Positions 41,114-49,157 of a DNA stretch of 64,000 bases are shown here, in pieces. How positions within the stretch are numbered: position 1 is the stretch's first letter; each line of letters begins with the position of its first letter. Source of the DNA: an uncultured Thermoleophilaceae bacterium. Lineage in GTDB: Bacteria > Actinomycetota > Thermoleophilia > Solirubrobacterales > Thermoleophilaceae. The notes beneath the pieces were generated by a model. That model searched no databases, was not told where the DNA came from, and saw only the letters and a program-made list of their open reading frames with translations. Made by a program: the position numbers and the translations under genes. The stretch spans positions 237,445 through 301,444 of the forward strand of contig CAWIUV010000003.1 in NCBI GenBank assembly GCA_963839405.1, written 5' to 3'.

Positions 41114-41749
41114 ATGAGCAAATTGAGAGCCCACATTTCAGTGTCCGCGGACGGCTACGTGGCCGGTCCGAATCAGAGCAAGGACGAGCCGCTCGGCGAG
41201 GGCGGCGAGAGCCTGCACGACTGGGTCGTCGCCCTAAAGGCGTGGCGCGAGCCCCACGGCAAGGAGGGCGGGGACGTGAACGCGAGCACCGCCGTCATGG
41301 AGGAGTCGCTCGCGAACGTCGGCGCCGAGATCATGGGCCGCGGGAAGTTCGGCGGCGGGCCAGGACCGTGGCCCGACGATCCGTGGAACGGATGGTGGGG
41401 CGACGACCCGCCGTTCCACATGCCGGTGTTCGTGCTCACGAATTACGAGCGCGAACCGCTCACGCTCTCGGACACGACGTTCACCTTCGTCACCGACGGC
41501 ATCGAGTCGGCCTTGGAGCAGGCGAGGGCCGCAGCCGGTGGGAAGGACGTCATGATCGGCGGCGGAGCCGATGCGATCAATCAGTACCTGGCAGCGGGAC
41601 TCCTCGACGAGCTCGACCTGCATGTGGCGCCGATCGTGCTTGGCGGCGGCGCGAGGCTGTTCGAAGGCGTCGGCCCTGAGATCAAGCTGGAGCTGGTCCG
41701 GGCGATCGAGGCGCCCGGCGTGACTCACGTGAAGTACCGCGTCGGGTAA
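41114..41749 (+). CDS. Dihydrofolate-reductase-family (RibD C-terminal domain) protein
   Basis: MSKLRAHISVSADGYVAGPN.. and the C-terminal block MIGGGADAINQYLAAGLLDELDLHVAPIVLGGGARLF. Confidence 0.8.
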   Translation: MSKLRAHISVSADGYVAGPNQSKDEPLGEGGESLHDWVVALKAWREPHGKEGGDVNASTAVMEESLANVGAEIMGRGKFGGGPGPWPDDPWNGWWGDDPPFHMPVFVLTNYEREPLTLSDTTFTFVTDGIESALEQARAAAGGKDVMIGGGADAINQYLAAGLLDELDLHVAPIVLGGGARLFEGVGPEIKLELVRAIEAPGVTHVKYRVG

Positions 41750-41773
41750 TGGCGAGGGCCGGAATCGAACCGG
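41750..41773 (-). repeat. Orphan copy of the last 24 nt of tRNA-Phe (T-arm 3' half + acceptor 3' strand)
   Basis: TGGCGAGGGCCGGAATCGAACCGG is identical to 41828-41851. It starts directly after the stop codon of the DHFR-family gene, and no matching 5' tRNA half is present. Confidence 0.85.
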
Positions 41774-41827
41774 ATGGGAGGCCGGAGGCCGAGCGACGTC
41801 GCCGGTCGTTCGGGGCCGAGCCTGGGA

Positions 41828-41900
41828 TGGCGAGGGCCGGAATCGAACCGGCGACACCACGATTTTCAGTCGTGTGCTCTACCAACTGAGCTACCTCGCC
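41828..41900 (-). tRNA. tRNA-Phe(GAA): tRNA-Phe (anticodon GAA), CCA not encoded
   Basis: Manual fold: acceptor GGCGAGG/CCTCGCC, D-stem GCTC/GAGC, anticodon stem CACGA/TCGTG with loop CTGAAAA, T-stem GCCGG/CCGGC with loop TTCGATT. Confidence 0.93.
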
Positions 41901-41951
41901 GCGCGCGGGGAGATGGTAGCCGTGGTGGCGATCGCCGCCCGTGCGACCTGA

Positions 41952-44556
41952 CTACTCGGTCGTCGGAGTCTCGGTCGCTTCCGGGGCCGGCACGTCCTCA
42001 GGCGGGCGAGTGGGTGGAAGCGTCGGGAGAGGCGCGTTGCTGCCTTGCGGTGGGACGGACTCGATCTCCGCTGGCGGAACGAAGGCCGGCGGCTCCTCTT
42101 CGGACTCGCCGGGGATGAAGATGTTCTCGGTCGGCGTCTCGATGCTCGGTGCCGGGCTGACGACGCTGGTCGCGGGGGCGCGCGGGTCCTCGGGCTTGTC
42201 GGGTTTCTCGGAATGCTCCGGGTGGTCGGGCTTGACGGGGTGGTCGGCCTTGTCGGCGGGCGGCTCGTTGGCGTCTGCGTCGTCGTGCGCTGCCGGCTGC
42301 TCGGGCTCTTGTTCGGGCTCGTCCTCGGCGGCCGGTGTGGTTGCCGACTCGTCCTGGCCGTCTCGAGCTCCGCCAGCTGCTCGTCCAGCTGGAGGCTGCT
42401 CGTCCGCCGGCGTCGTCGCGGACGGTCTCGACCTCGTCGGGCTGCTCGTCCAGCGGAGGCCACCTCGTCGGCTGCTCTCGTGGTCCTCCGGCGGCGGTCT
42501 TCGTCCGCGGAGGCTCCTGCTCGCTTCTCGCCGGCGGTCTTCGTCGTGTCCTCTGCCGCGGTCCGTCCTGCGGCTGGTCGTCCTGCGGCTGGTCGTCCTG
42601 CGGCTCTGTCTGGGTCTCGTCCTCGAACGACGGCTGCTCGTCCTTCTCCTTGTCCTTCTCCTGCCCAGGCGACCCCCCGTTCGGATGCTCGGGCTTCTTG
42701 TCGTCGTTCGAGGTGGGCTTGCGAGTCTCGTCAGGCACTGGGTCGGTGAACTCGGCGACCGGGAGGAGCTCGGGGGCAGTGGCCGTGACGGGCTGCAGTG
42801 ACGGCGTCACCGGAGCGGCCGGCACGGGCACGGCAACGACGGGCGTCGCGGGCGCCGGCCACGCTGCCTGGGGCTCGGGCGTAGGAGGGCTCTCCGGTGC
42901 GACTGGGTGGCTGCGCCGCTCGGTGGCCAGGTCGAGCAGGCCCTCGCTGTCGAGGAGCGCGACCGTCGAGAAGCCGTCGTCGGACTGGCCGCGATAGGTC
43001 GGGACGTCATAGGCCACGTTGCGCAGGGCGGGGAACTCGAGGTCGGGCGTCAGCACCGCTACCGGGACGATCTCGGGTACCTCTTCGATTGGACGGAGCG
43101 AGAAGTCCTCGGCTGCCTCGGCTTCGGCGGTCTTGAGCGCGTTACCCGGCACCACCTTGTCCACCACGTCGCTCACGACATGACGGACGTCGTCCGACGC
43201 GGCGTACGCGGTACTGCCACCGCCGACCGCGAGGGCCGCGAGCAGCGCCGCCAGCCGGCGCGGTCGCGGCAGTGCCGCGCGGTTTGCACGGCGCACGTCG
43301 CGCGCCACGGCCACGAGCGCTTCGACGACGCGCGGGTCGAACTGCCTTCCGGCGCTCGCCTGGACCTCCTTGAGCGCTTCGTCTGCGGTCCGCCCGGCCC
43401 TGTACGGACGATCGGAGCGGATCGCATGGAAGGCGTCGGCGCACAGGATGATCCGGCTCGCGAGCGGGATCTCCTCGCCGGCGAGGCCGTCCGGATACCC
43501 GCTTCCGTCCCAGCTCTCGTGCGAGTGGCGGACCATGTTCGCCACGGCACCCATCTCCGGCACCGCGCGGAGCATGCGCTCCCCAATCACGGTGTGCTCG
43601 CGGATGATCTCCCACTCGTCGTCGTCGAGCGGGCCGGGCTTGTCCAGGATCTCGGTCGGCATCGCGAGCTTGCCGACGTCGTGCAGCTGGGCGGCGGCCA
43701 GCGAGCCGATCGAGCTGCTCGTCGGTCAGGCCGAGGCGCGAGCCGATCGATTCGCACAGCGTGACGACGTCTTCCGAGTGGGCGGCCGTCGCCCGGTCGC
43801 GCGCCTCGAGCGATGCGACTGCCACCGCGAGTGCCGCCCTGCGGGCGGTGCGCTCTCCGTCGTGATGCCCGTTGCCGTTCCCGTTGCCATTCCCATTCGT
43901 CTCGACGTGGCCGTTGCTCCGTTGCCGTTCTGGTCGTTACGGCCGAGCTCCGTCGTCAGCACGACGCGGTTGCCACCGGCGCGCTTGGCCGCCTGAAGAG
44001 CGGGGCCCGCCTTGGCGAGCGCGACGATGGGCTCCACGGGAGCGCGCAGCACCGCGACGCCGACGGAGACGGTGACCGCCGGCAGCTTCGTGTTCTGCGC
44101 GGCGATCCGGTCGCGCACGCGCTCGGCGACCTCGCCGCCGTCCTCCTCGTCGCCCGGCACGAGCAGCACCAGCTCGTCGTCGCGATACCTGAACGCCAGA
44201 TTCGCCGACGGCGCCTCAGCCCTGGCTGCCTCCGCGCACACCCGCAGCACCTGGTCGCCGACCGAGCGGTTGTACCGCTCGTTCACCTCCTCGAAGCGGT
44301 CGAAGTCGAGCACCACTACCGCGAGGGGCGAGCTTTCGGAGCAGGCAACGGCCCGCTGGGCGAGCTCCTTCCAGAGCACGCGCTGATTCCTCAGGCCGGT
44401 GACCCTGTCGAGCGCCACGCCGAAGCCGTTGGAGCCAGGGGGCGTCGGGTGCCCGAAGCGTGGGTTAAGTACCTCTGCCGGGGGCGCCGCCGGTGGGGAC
44501 GATTCGAGCACGCCCCCCGGCCATCGACAAATGCCGGAAATTGCGAGATCGAACAT
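41952..44556 (-). pseudogene. Degenerate-GGDEF + HD-GYP signalling protein with one TM segment and a long acidic Pro/Glu/Asp-rich C-terminal tail; at least 3 frame switches
   Basis: GGDEF domain with RYRDDEL in place of GGDEF (ORF 43726..44607). HD-GYP with QLHDVGK and HESWDGSGYPDGL (ORFs 43142..43825 and 41998..43662). TM LAALLAALAVGGGSTAYAA. The tail continues in a third frame to TAG at 41952-41954. Junctions near 43915, 43700 and 42565. Confidence 0.75.
42561..42606 (-). repeat. Three tandem 15-nt repeats encoding (QPQDD)n in the acidic tail
   Basis: GTCGTCCTGCGGCTG appears three times on the + strand. The first copy carries one extra C, exactly where the frame is lost. Confidence 0.8.
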
Positions 44557-44665
44557 CCGTCGAGATGCGCCAACTTCGCTCAAGAAAGCGGATTGGCGCT
44601 GCCGCATACACCCCAGACGGGTGCGCGCCCATCGCCCGCCTCAGCGGCGCGCTACCTACAGTCGG

Positions 44666-46828
44666 TCAGCCGCAGCGGCCGCCGCGGAACGATTCCTCGG
44701 CGATGAGCGCGACGTTCCGTGACGAGCGGCCGATCACGACCTGGTAGCAGCCGCGCGCGATTCGCCAGCCGTCCGCGTCCACGTTCCAGTAGGAGATGTC
44801 GCGCGGGTCGATGCGGAAGCGGACGCGCTTGCGCTGCCCCGGCTCGAGCGTCAGCTTGCGGAAGTCCTTCAACTGCGCCGGTGGCTGTTCGACGTCAGTG
44901 GAGGGCAGCCCGAGGTAGAGCTGCGGCACCTCGATGCCGGCTCGGCGGCCAACGTTCTTGACCGTGAACGAGACGGTCGCCGCGTCCTGTCCGCGGCGAC
45001 GGATCCGCAGCTTGCCGTAGCGGAACTTCGTGTACGAGCGCCCGAAGCCGAACGGGTAGGCCGGCTTGAGGCCCTCCGTGTCGAACCAGCGGTAGCCGAC
45101 GAAGACGCCCTCCTTGTACTCGACCTGCTCCCCGACGCCCGGGTACGCCTCGGAGTCGCCGTGATACGGGTAGTCCTCCTCGCTCCGCGGGAACGTCGCC
45201 GGCAGCCGCCCTCCGGGATCGACGTCGCCGAACAGGACGCGCGCGAGCGCCGGCCCGCCGCCCGAGCCCGGGTACCAGGCCTCCAGGATCGCGGCGACCT
45301 TGCCACGCCAGGGAGTCAGGACGGGCCCGCCGGTCTCGAGCACGACGATCGTCCGATCGTTCTGGTCGGCGACCGCCTCGATCAGCGCGTCCTGGTCGCC
45401 GTTCCACGGGGGGCACTGGAGGCTGAGGCAGCGACGATCGATGAACTCCGTCTGGTAGTCGGCGGCGAAGACGATCGCCACGTCCGACGCGCGTGCGAGG
45501 GCGGCCGCGCGCTCGGGGTCGCTGCCGTCGTCGAAGCGCACATCGACGCCCTCGCCGGCGCGCTCCTCGATCGCCGCGCGCGGCGACTGGAACTCGAACG
45601 GGCGCACGTTCGCCGAGCCGCCGCCCGTCGTGAACTCGTCCGCGTTGCGCCCGATCAGCGCGATCGACTCGAGCTTGTTCGCCTTGAGCGGAAGCGTCTT
45701 GCGCTTGTTGCGCAGGAGCGTGATCGCGGCCTCCTCGATCAGCTGCGCGGCGCGCAGGTTCGCTTGCTTATCGATCTGGTTGTCGTCGTAGACGTACGCG
45801 TCGCGGTCGAAGAAGCCGTAGGCGAACAGCGTGCGCAGGATCGCGTGGACGTGCTCGTTCACGCGCTCGAAGTCCGCCTGGCCGCTCATGACCGCCGCGT
45901 TCACGTTCGCCGGGTTGTACGAGATGCCCGGCCACGGGTCGAAGTCCAGGCCGTTGTTCAGGGAGGGAGCCGTCGTTTTCGCCGCGCCGTAGTCGGCCAG
46001 CACGTAGCCCTTGAAGCCCCAGTCGTCGCGGAGGACGTCCTGGAGGAGGACGCCGTTCTCGCACGCGTACGCCCCGTTCACGCGCGGATACGCGCACATC
46101 ACCGAGCCGACCTTCGCGTCCTTCACGGCCATCTCGAACTGCGGGAGGTAGATCTCGCGCAACGCCCGTTCGTCGACCACGACGTTCACGGTCAGGCGGT
46201 TGCCCTCGGTGGCGGGCGGGCCGACCGGCTGGCCGGGCCGGCTCTCGTCGGCCTGTGCGCCGGCGCCCTCCTGGTTGTTCGCCGCGTAGTGCTTGACGTT
46301 CCCGATCACGCCGGTGGACTGGGCGCCCCGGATCCAGCCGACGCCGATCCGTCCGCTGAGATACGGGTCCTCGCCGAACGTCTCGAAGGCGCGCCCCCAG
46401 AGGGGCGTGCGCAGGATGTTCACCGTCGGCGCGTAGACGACGTCGTTGCCTTTCGCGCGCGCCTCGGTCGCGATCGTCAGGCCGTGCAGGCGTGCGAGCT
46501 TCATGTCGAACGTCGCTGCGAGCCCCATCGGGATCGGCATCGCGGTCGCCTGCCCGGAGCGGACGCCGACCGGGCCGTCGGTGTAGTAGGTGGTCGGCAG
46601 GTCGACGCGCGGGATGCCGTCACTCGTGCCGGTGTGCGTGCCCTCGGCGCCGAGCACGCCCTGGAGATCGTCGCCGCCGAGCAGTGAGACCCGCTCGTCG
46701 TTCGTCAGCTCGGCGAGCAGGAGCGAGGCGCGCGCGTCAGGCGAGAGGTTGGTGTCGCACCAGACGTGGTCGCCGCAGCGGCCGACGGCCTGGGCGGCGA
46801 GGGGAAGTGCGAGCAGCTGCGGCGGCAA
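44666..46828 (-). CDS. Glycoside hydrolase family 3 beta-glucosidase (BglX-like), intact
   Basis: 720-aa ORF with GH3 blocks (LGAEGTHTG..GIPRV, KHYAANNQE, GYVLADYG) and a C-terminal Fn3-like domain. The signal peptide is probably truncated or frameshifted near 46815 (VVKLAIAV lies in another frame), so the start (TTG 46828 or GTG ~46852) is uncertain. Confidence 0.88.
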   Translation of the reverse strand: MPPQLLALPLAAQAVGRCGDHVWCDTNLSPDARASLLLAELTNDERVSLLGGDDLQGVLGAEGTHTGTSDGIPRVDLPTTYYTDGPVGVRSGQATAMPIPMGLAATFDMKLARLHGLTIATEARAKGNDVVYAPTVNILRTPLWGRAFETFGEDPYLSGRIGVGWIRGAQSTGVIGNVKHYAANNQEGAGAQADESRPGQPVGPPATEGNRLTVNVVVDERALREIYLPQFEMAVKDAKVGSVMCAYPRVNGAYACENGVLLQDVLRDDWGFKGYVLADYGAAKTTAPSLNNGLDFDPWPGISYNPANVNAAVMSGQADFERVNEHVHAILRTLFAYGFFDRDAYVYDDNQIDKQANLRAAQLIEEAAITLLRNKRKTLPLKANKLESIALIGRNADEFTTGGGSANVRPFEFQSPRAAIEERAGEGVDVRFDDGSDPERAAALARASDVAIVFAADYQTEFIDRRCLSLQCPPWNGDQDALIEAVADQNDRTIVVLETGGPVLTPWRGKVAAILEAWYPGSGGGPALARVLFGDVDPGGRLPATFPRSEEDYPYHGDSEAYPGVGEQVEYKEGVFVGYRWFDTEGLKPAYPFGFGRSYTKFRYGKLRIRRRGQDAATVSFTVKNVGRRAGIEVPQLYLGLPSTDVEQPPAQLKDFRKLTLEPGQRKRVRFRIDPRDISYWNVDADGWRIARGCYQVVIGRSSRNVALIAEESFRGGRCG

Positions 46829-46885
46829 CCGCGATGGCGAGCTTCACCACACACCAAGCTACACGTCGCGGTAGCGTCTTCTTTC

Positions 46886-47261
46886 ATGTCCGAGCTGATC
46901 CACACCTGTTACCGCATCGGCGACATCGACCGTTCCGTGTCCTTCTACGAGAAGCTCGGCTTCGAGGAGACGGGGCGGTTTCCGATTCGCGACGAGGCGA
47001 TCAACGTCTTCATGGGCCTGCCCGGCGACGGCGCACGGCTCGAGCTGACCTACAACCACGGCGTCGACTCGTACGAGCTCGGCACCGGCTACAACCACAT
47101 CGCGCTGACGGTCGACGACATGGACGGGACGCTCGAGCGGCTCGCCGGAGTGGGCATCGAGCCCGAGAAGCCGCCGTACACGGTGCGCGAGGGCGGCTCG
47201 CGCCTGTGCTTCGTGCGCGATCCCGGACGGCTATCGAATCGAGCTGATTGAGAAGGGCTGA
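46886..47261 (+). pseudogene. gloA: Lactoylglutathione lyase (glyoxalase I), frame lost in the last 12 codons
   Basis: MSELIHTCYRIGDIDRSVSFYEKLGFEE..GYNHIALTVDDM... The expected C-terminus DPDGYRIELIEKG-stop is present but one nucleotide out of frame (GATCCCGGACGGC). TAGCGT lies 8 nt before the ATG. Confidence 0.85.
47226..47261 (+). repeat. gloA 3'-end repeat, copy R1 (native)
   Basis: GACGGCTATCGAATCGAGCTGATTGAGAAGGGCTGA (DGYRIELIEKG-stop). Confidence 0.9.
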
Positions 47262-47666
47262 AGCTCGGGCTGCTCCGACAGCCCGCGGCTTCGATGGCGT
47301 CGCCGCGGTTCGAGTAGGCTTGCGCACGATCTTGCCGTCGCGCAGAGTGAACAGGTCTCGTTTTCGTGCTCGATAGGGCCACCGCTCTCATGCCACATGC
47401 AGTGTGCCCGGAGCACTGACGCGGCCCTCCCTGAGATCGATGATCGCTCGGCTTCGATGCGCAGGTCCGCCAAGGCCCGGAGGTACTCGCGCATCGCGGC
47501 CCTCATGCCGTCGAAGCGCGAGCCACCGCCCCTCCATGCCCGGCGTTGCAGAGCCGATGCGCGAATACTCGGCATCGGCGTCGAAGAAGTCCGTCGAGCT
47601 GAGATCGCCGTGATCCAGATGCTCATAGAGCCGAGCGCACGGTATCTCGACGTTCTCCTGCGACAT
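47231..47666 (-). pseudogene. NTF2/SnoaL-like protein, unit 1 (decayed, at least 3 frame switches)
   Basis: Starts MSQENVEIPCARLYEHLDHGDLS... Later blocks (GSRFDGMRAAMREYL.., FTLRDGKIVR, AIEAAGLSEQ) lie in other frames. It reads into the antisense of gloA repeat R1, where TAG 47231 terminates it. Confidence 0.7.
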
Positions 47667-47683
47667 CGCCCGCGCAGTATCGC
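47646..47683 (-). promoter_or_regulatory. Conserved junction module, copy P1 (truncated): GATACT box, 9 nt, then ATGTCGCAGGAGAACGTCGAG
   Basis: CTCGACGTTCTCCTGCGACATCGCCCGCGCAGTATCGC on the + strand. Confidence 0.6.
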
Positions 47684-47689
47684 CGGTAT

Positions 47690-47732
47690 CCGGACGGCTA
47701 TCGAATTGAGATAATCGAGAGGAAGAAGCTAG
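47690..47732 (+). repeat. gloA 3'-end repeat, copy R2 (diverged)
   Basis: CCGGACGGCTATCGAATTGAGATAATCGAGAGGAAGAAGCTAG (DGYRIEIIERKKL). Confidence 0.8.
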
Positions 47733-48200
47733 GGAGGGCGCTCCGGGCGGCTTCGTACGGCGCTTCGGCCTCAGACGGACGAACTACTCCACGCACGCCG
47801 TTCGGCCTCGAGAGCTTCGCTCTCCCGCGTACGACGGGCCATCGGATCACAATTCCATCCCGGAACTGATTCACGTGCAGACTGGCGGCATCGAGGGGGA
47901 TGTCGCACCAGCGCCGTGGACCGCATCGACGGACGGGCCCTCCCAGATGCGGACTCCCAGTCGGTATCGTCCCGAATCGCAGCGTGAAGCAGGAGAGGTG
48001 CCGAGTCAACTGCGCAACCACCGCTTCTATCCCATCTGCTCAGCCTCTGGAACCCCTCCAGGCGGCTAGATCGCGATGGAGAGGCCTACGTGCATCATGA
48101 AAACTCGCCTGCCGGCATCTAGCTCGCGATCTAACGCCAAACTTGGCGGCGTCGAGCAACCCATGCCCTCAGTGCGACGGCTCCCAGGTGTATGGGCCAT
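47733..48200 (-). pseudogene. NTF2/SnoaL-like remnant, unit 2 (lower GC, several stops, conserved start module missing)
   Basis: Only fragments are recognisable (IRDDTDWES, HVNQFRDGIVIR, ESEALEA), scattered over three frames. Confidence 0.35.
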
Positions 48201-48239
48201 GCGGACGGCTATCGAATTGAGCTGATCGAGAAGGGCTGA
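48172..48239 (+). repeat. gloA 3'-end repeat, copy R3 (~68 nt)
   Basis: ..GTGCGACGGCTCCCAGGTGTATGGGCCATGCGGACGGCTATCGAATTGAGCTGATCGAGAAGGGCTGA aligns by eye with the last ~70 nt of gloA. Confidence 0.85.
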
Positions 48240-48251
48240 CGTCCCGGCGAC

Positions 48252-48650
48252 CTACTCCGGCAGTCCGGCGGCTTCGAGGGCGTCTTGCTCGACGTTAAAG
48301 GTCCATGCTGGATCGCCTTGCGTGCCCTAAGTCGGCCAGACGTGCCAGATGGGACTCGGCCCGGCGTCGCTTCCCTCCACAACGTGAAGCTTTGCCCGAG
48401 CGTGACGATCACAAGTCGCCGAGGTAGCGAAGCTCCGGCACCAGTGGAGTATTCGCTGAGGGCGTCATAGACGTCAGGCCGCGCGAAAGCTCCCGCATCT
48501 CGTCGAAGCGGTATCGAGCGCGCCCCGGCCAGCCGAGGCGCATGTGAGAGCAAATAGTCTCGGGAACCAGGTCGCCAAGAGTCTCGATATCTCGGCGGTC
48601 GTACGCGTCAATGAAGGCGCACGGACAATCTCGACGTTCTCCTGCGACAT
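48252..48650 (-). pseudogene. NTF2/SnoaL-like protein, unit 3 (decayed, at least 3 frame switches)
   Basis: MSQENVEIVRA / FIDAYDRRDIETLGDLVPE.. / ..VIVTLGQSFTLW.. / TFNVEQDALEAAGLPE-stop, in different frames. Confidence 0.7.
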
Positions 48651-48702
48651 CGCCCGCCCAGTATCGCGCGTGTTCCTAGTGCCAGGGGTTGCGTTAGCCC
48701 GG
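48629..48702 (-). promoter_or_regulatory. Conserved junction module, copy P2 (74 nt)
   Basis: TCTCGACGTTCTCCTGCGACATCGCCCGCCCAGTATCGCGCGTGTTCCTAGTGCCAGGGGTTGCGTTAGCCCGG. Confidence 0.6.
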
Positions 48703-48709
48703 TACGGCG

Positions 48710-49105
48710 CTACTCGAGCAGCCCTACGGCTTCCAGGGCTTCATCGTGGTTCCAGAAGTACTCCTGCGTGATGACCTTGCCCTTACGGAAGGTGAGGATC
48801 ACGCTGAACCCCATCGTCTGATCCGGGATCTCTCCCGACACATGCCATACAGCTCGCACGAGGACCCGGTTGCCGACATCGACGGGCTCACCGATCACTT
48901 CCAAGCTGTCCCGGCTCCAGGCTTCGCGAAGAATCTCCAACGAGCGCACCACCGCATCACGCCCAACGGACGGTCCAGCCTCTGGCCAGCCCTCCAGGTG
49001 GTGCATGACAACGGCCGGGTCGTACATCTCACGCATAGGGGCGAAGTCCCCCGCGTTGTACGCGTTCAAGACCCGCAGGGCGATCTCGACGTTCTCCTGC
49101 GACAT
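48710..49105 (-). CDS. NTF2/SnoaL-like protein, unit 4 (the only intact copy, 131 aa)
   Basis: MSQENVEIALRVLNAYNAGDFAPMREMYDPAVVMHH..GNRVLVRAVWHVSGEIPDQTMGFSVILTFRKGKVITQEYFWNHDEALEAVGLLE. This is the internal ATG of track ORF 48710..49399. Confidence 0.8.
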   Translation of the reverse strand: MSQENVEIALRVLNAYNAGDFAPMREMYDPAVVMHHLEGWPEAGPSVGRDAVVRSLEILREAWSRDSLEVIGEPVDVGNRVLVRAVWHVSGEIPDQTMGFSVILTFRKGKVITQEYFWNHDEALEAVGLLE

Positions 49106-49157
49106 CGCCCGCGCAGTATCGCGCGTGTTCCTAGTGCTAGGGGTTGCGTTAGCCCGG
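49084..49157 (-). promoter_or_regulatory. Conserved junction module, copy P3 (74 nt; drives the intact unit 4)
   Basis: Differs from P2 at only 2 of 74 positions, by eye. Confidence 0.6.

Noticed and set aside
35780-41749. Calling 35.8-41.7 kb a genomic island integrated at tRNA-Phe.
   Set aside because: The accessory-type gene content and the att-like repeat are suggestive. However, there is no integrase, mobility gene, second distal repeat or obvious composition break that I can verify by eye. It is reported only as a hypothesis under the tRNA finding.
41774-41827. A second tRNA or a tmRNA-like gene in the spacer between the tRNA-Phe 3'-end copies.
   Set aside because: No complementary 5' acceptor strand, D-arm or anticodon arm can be drawn. 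Only the 24-nt 3' fragment is tRNA-like.
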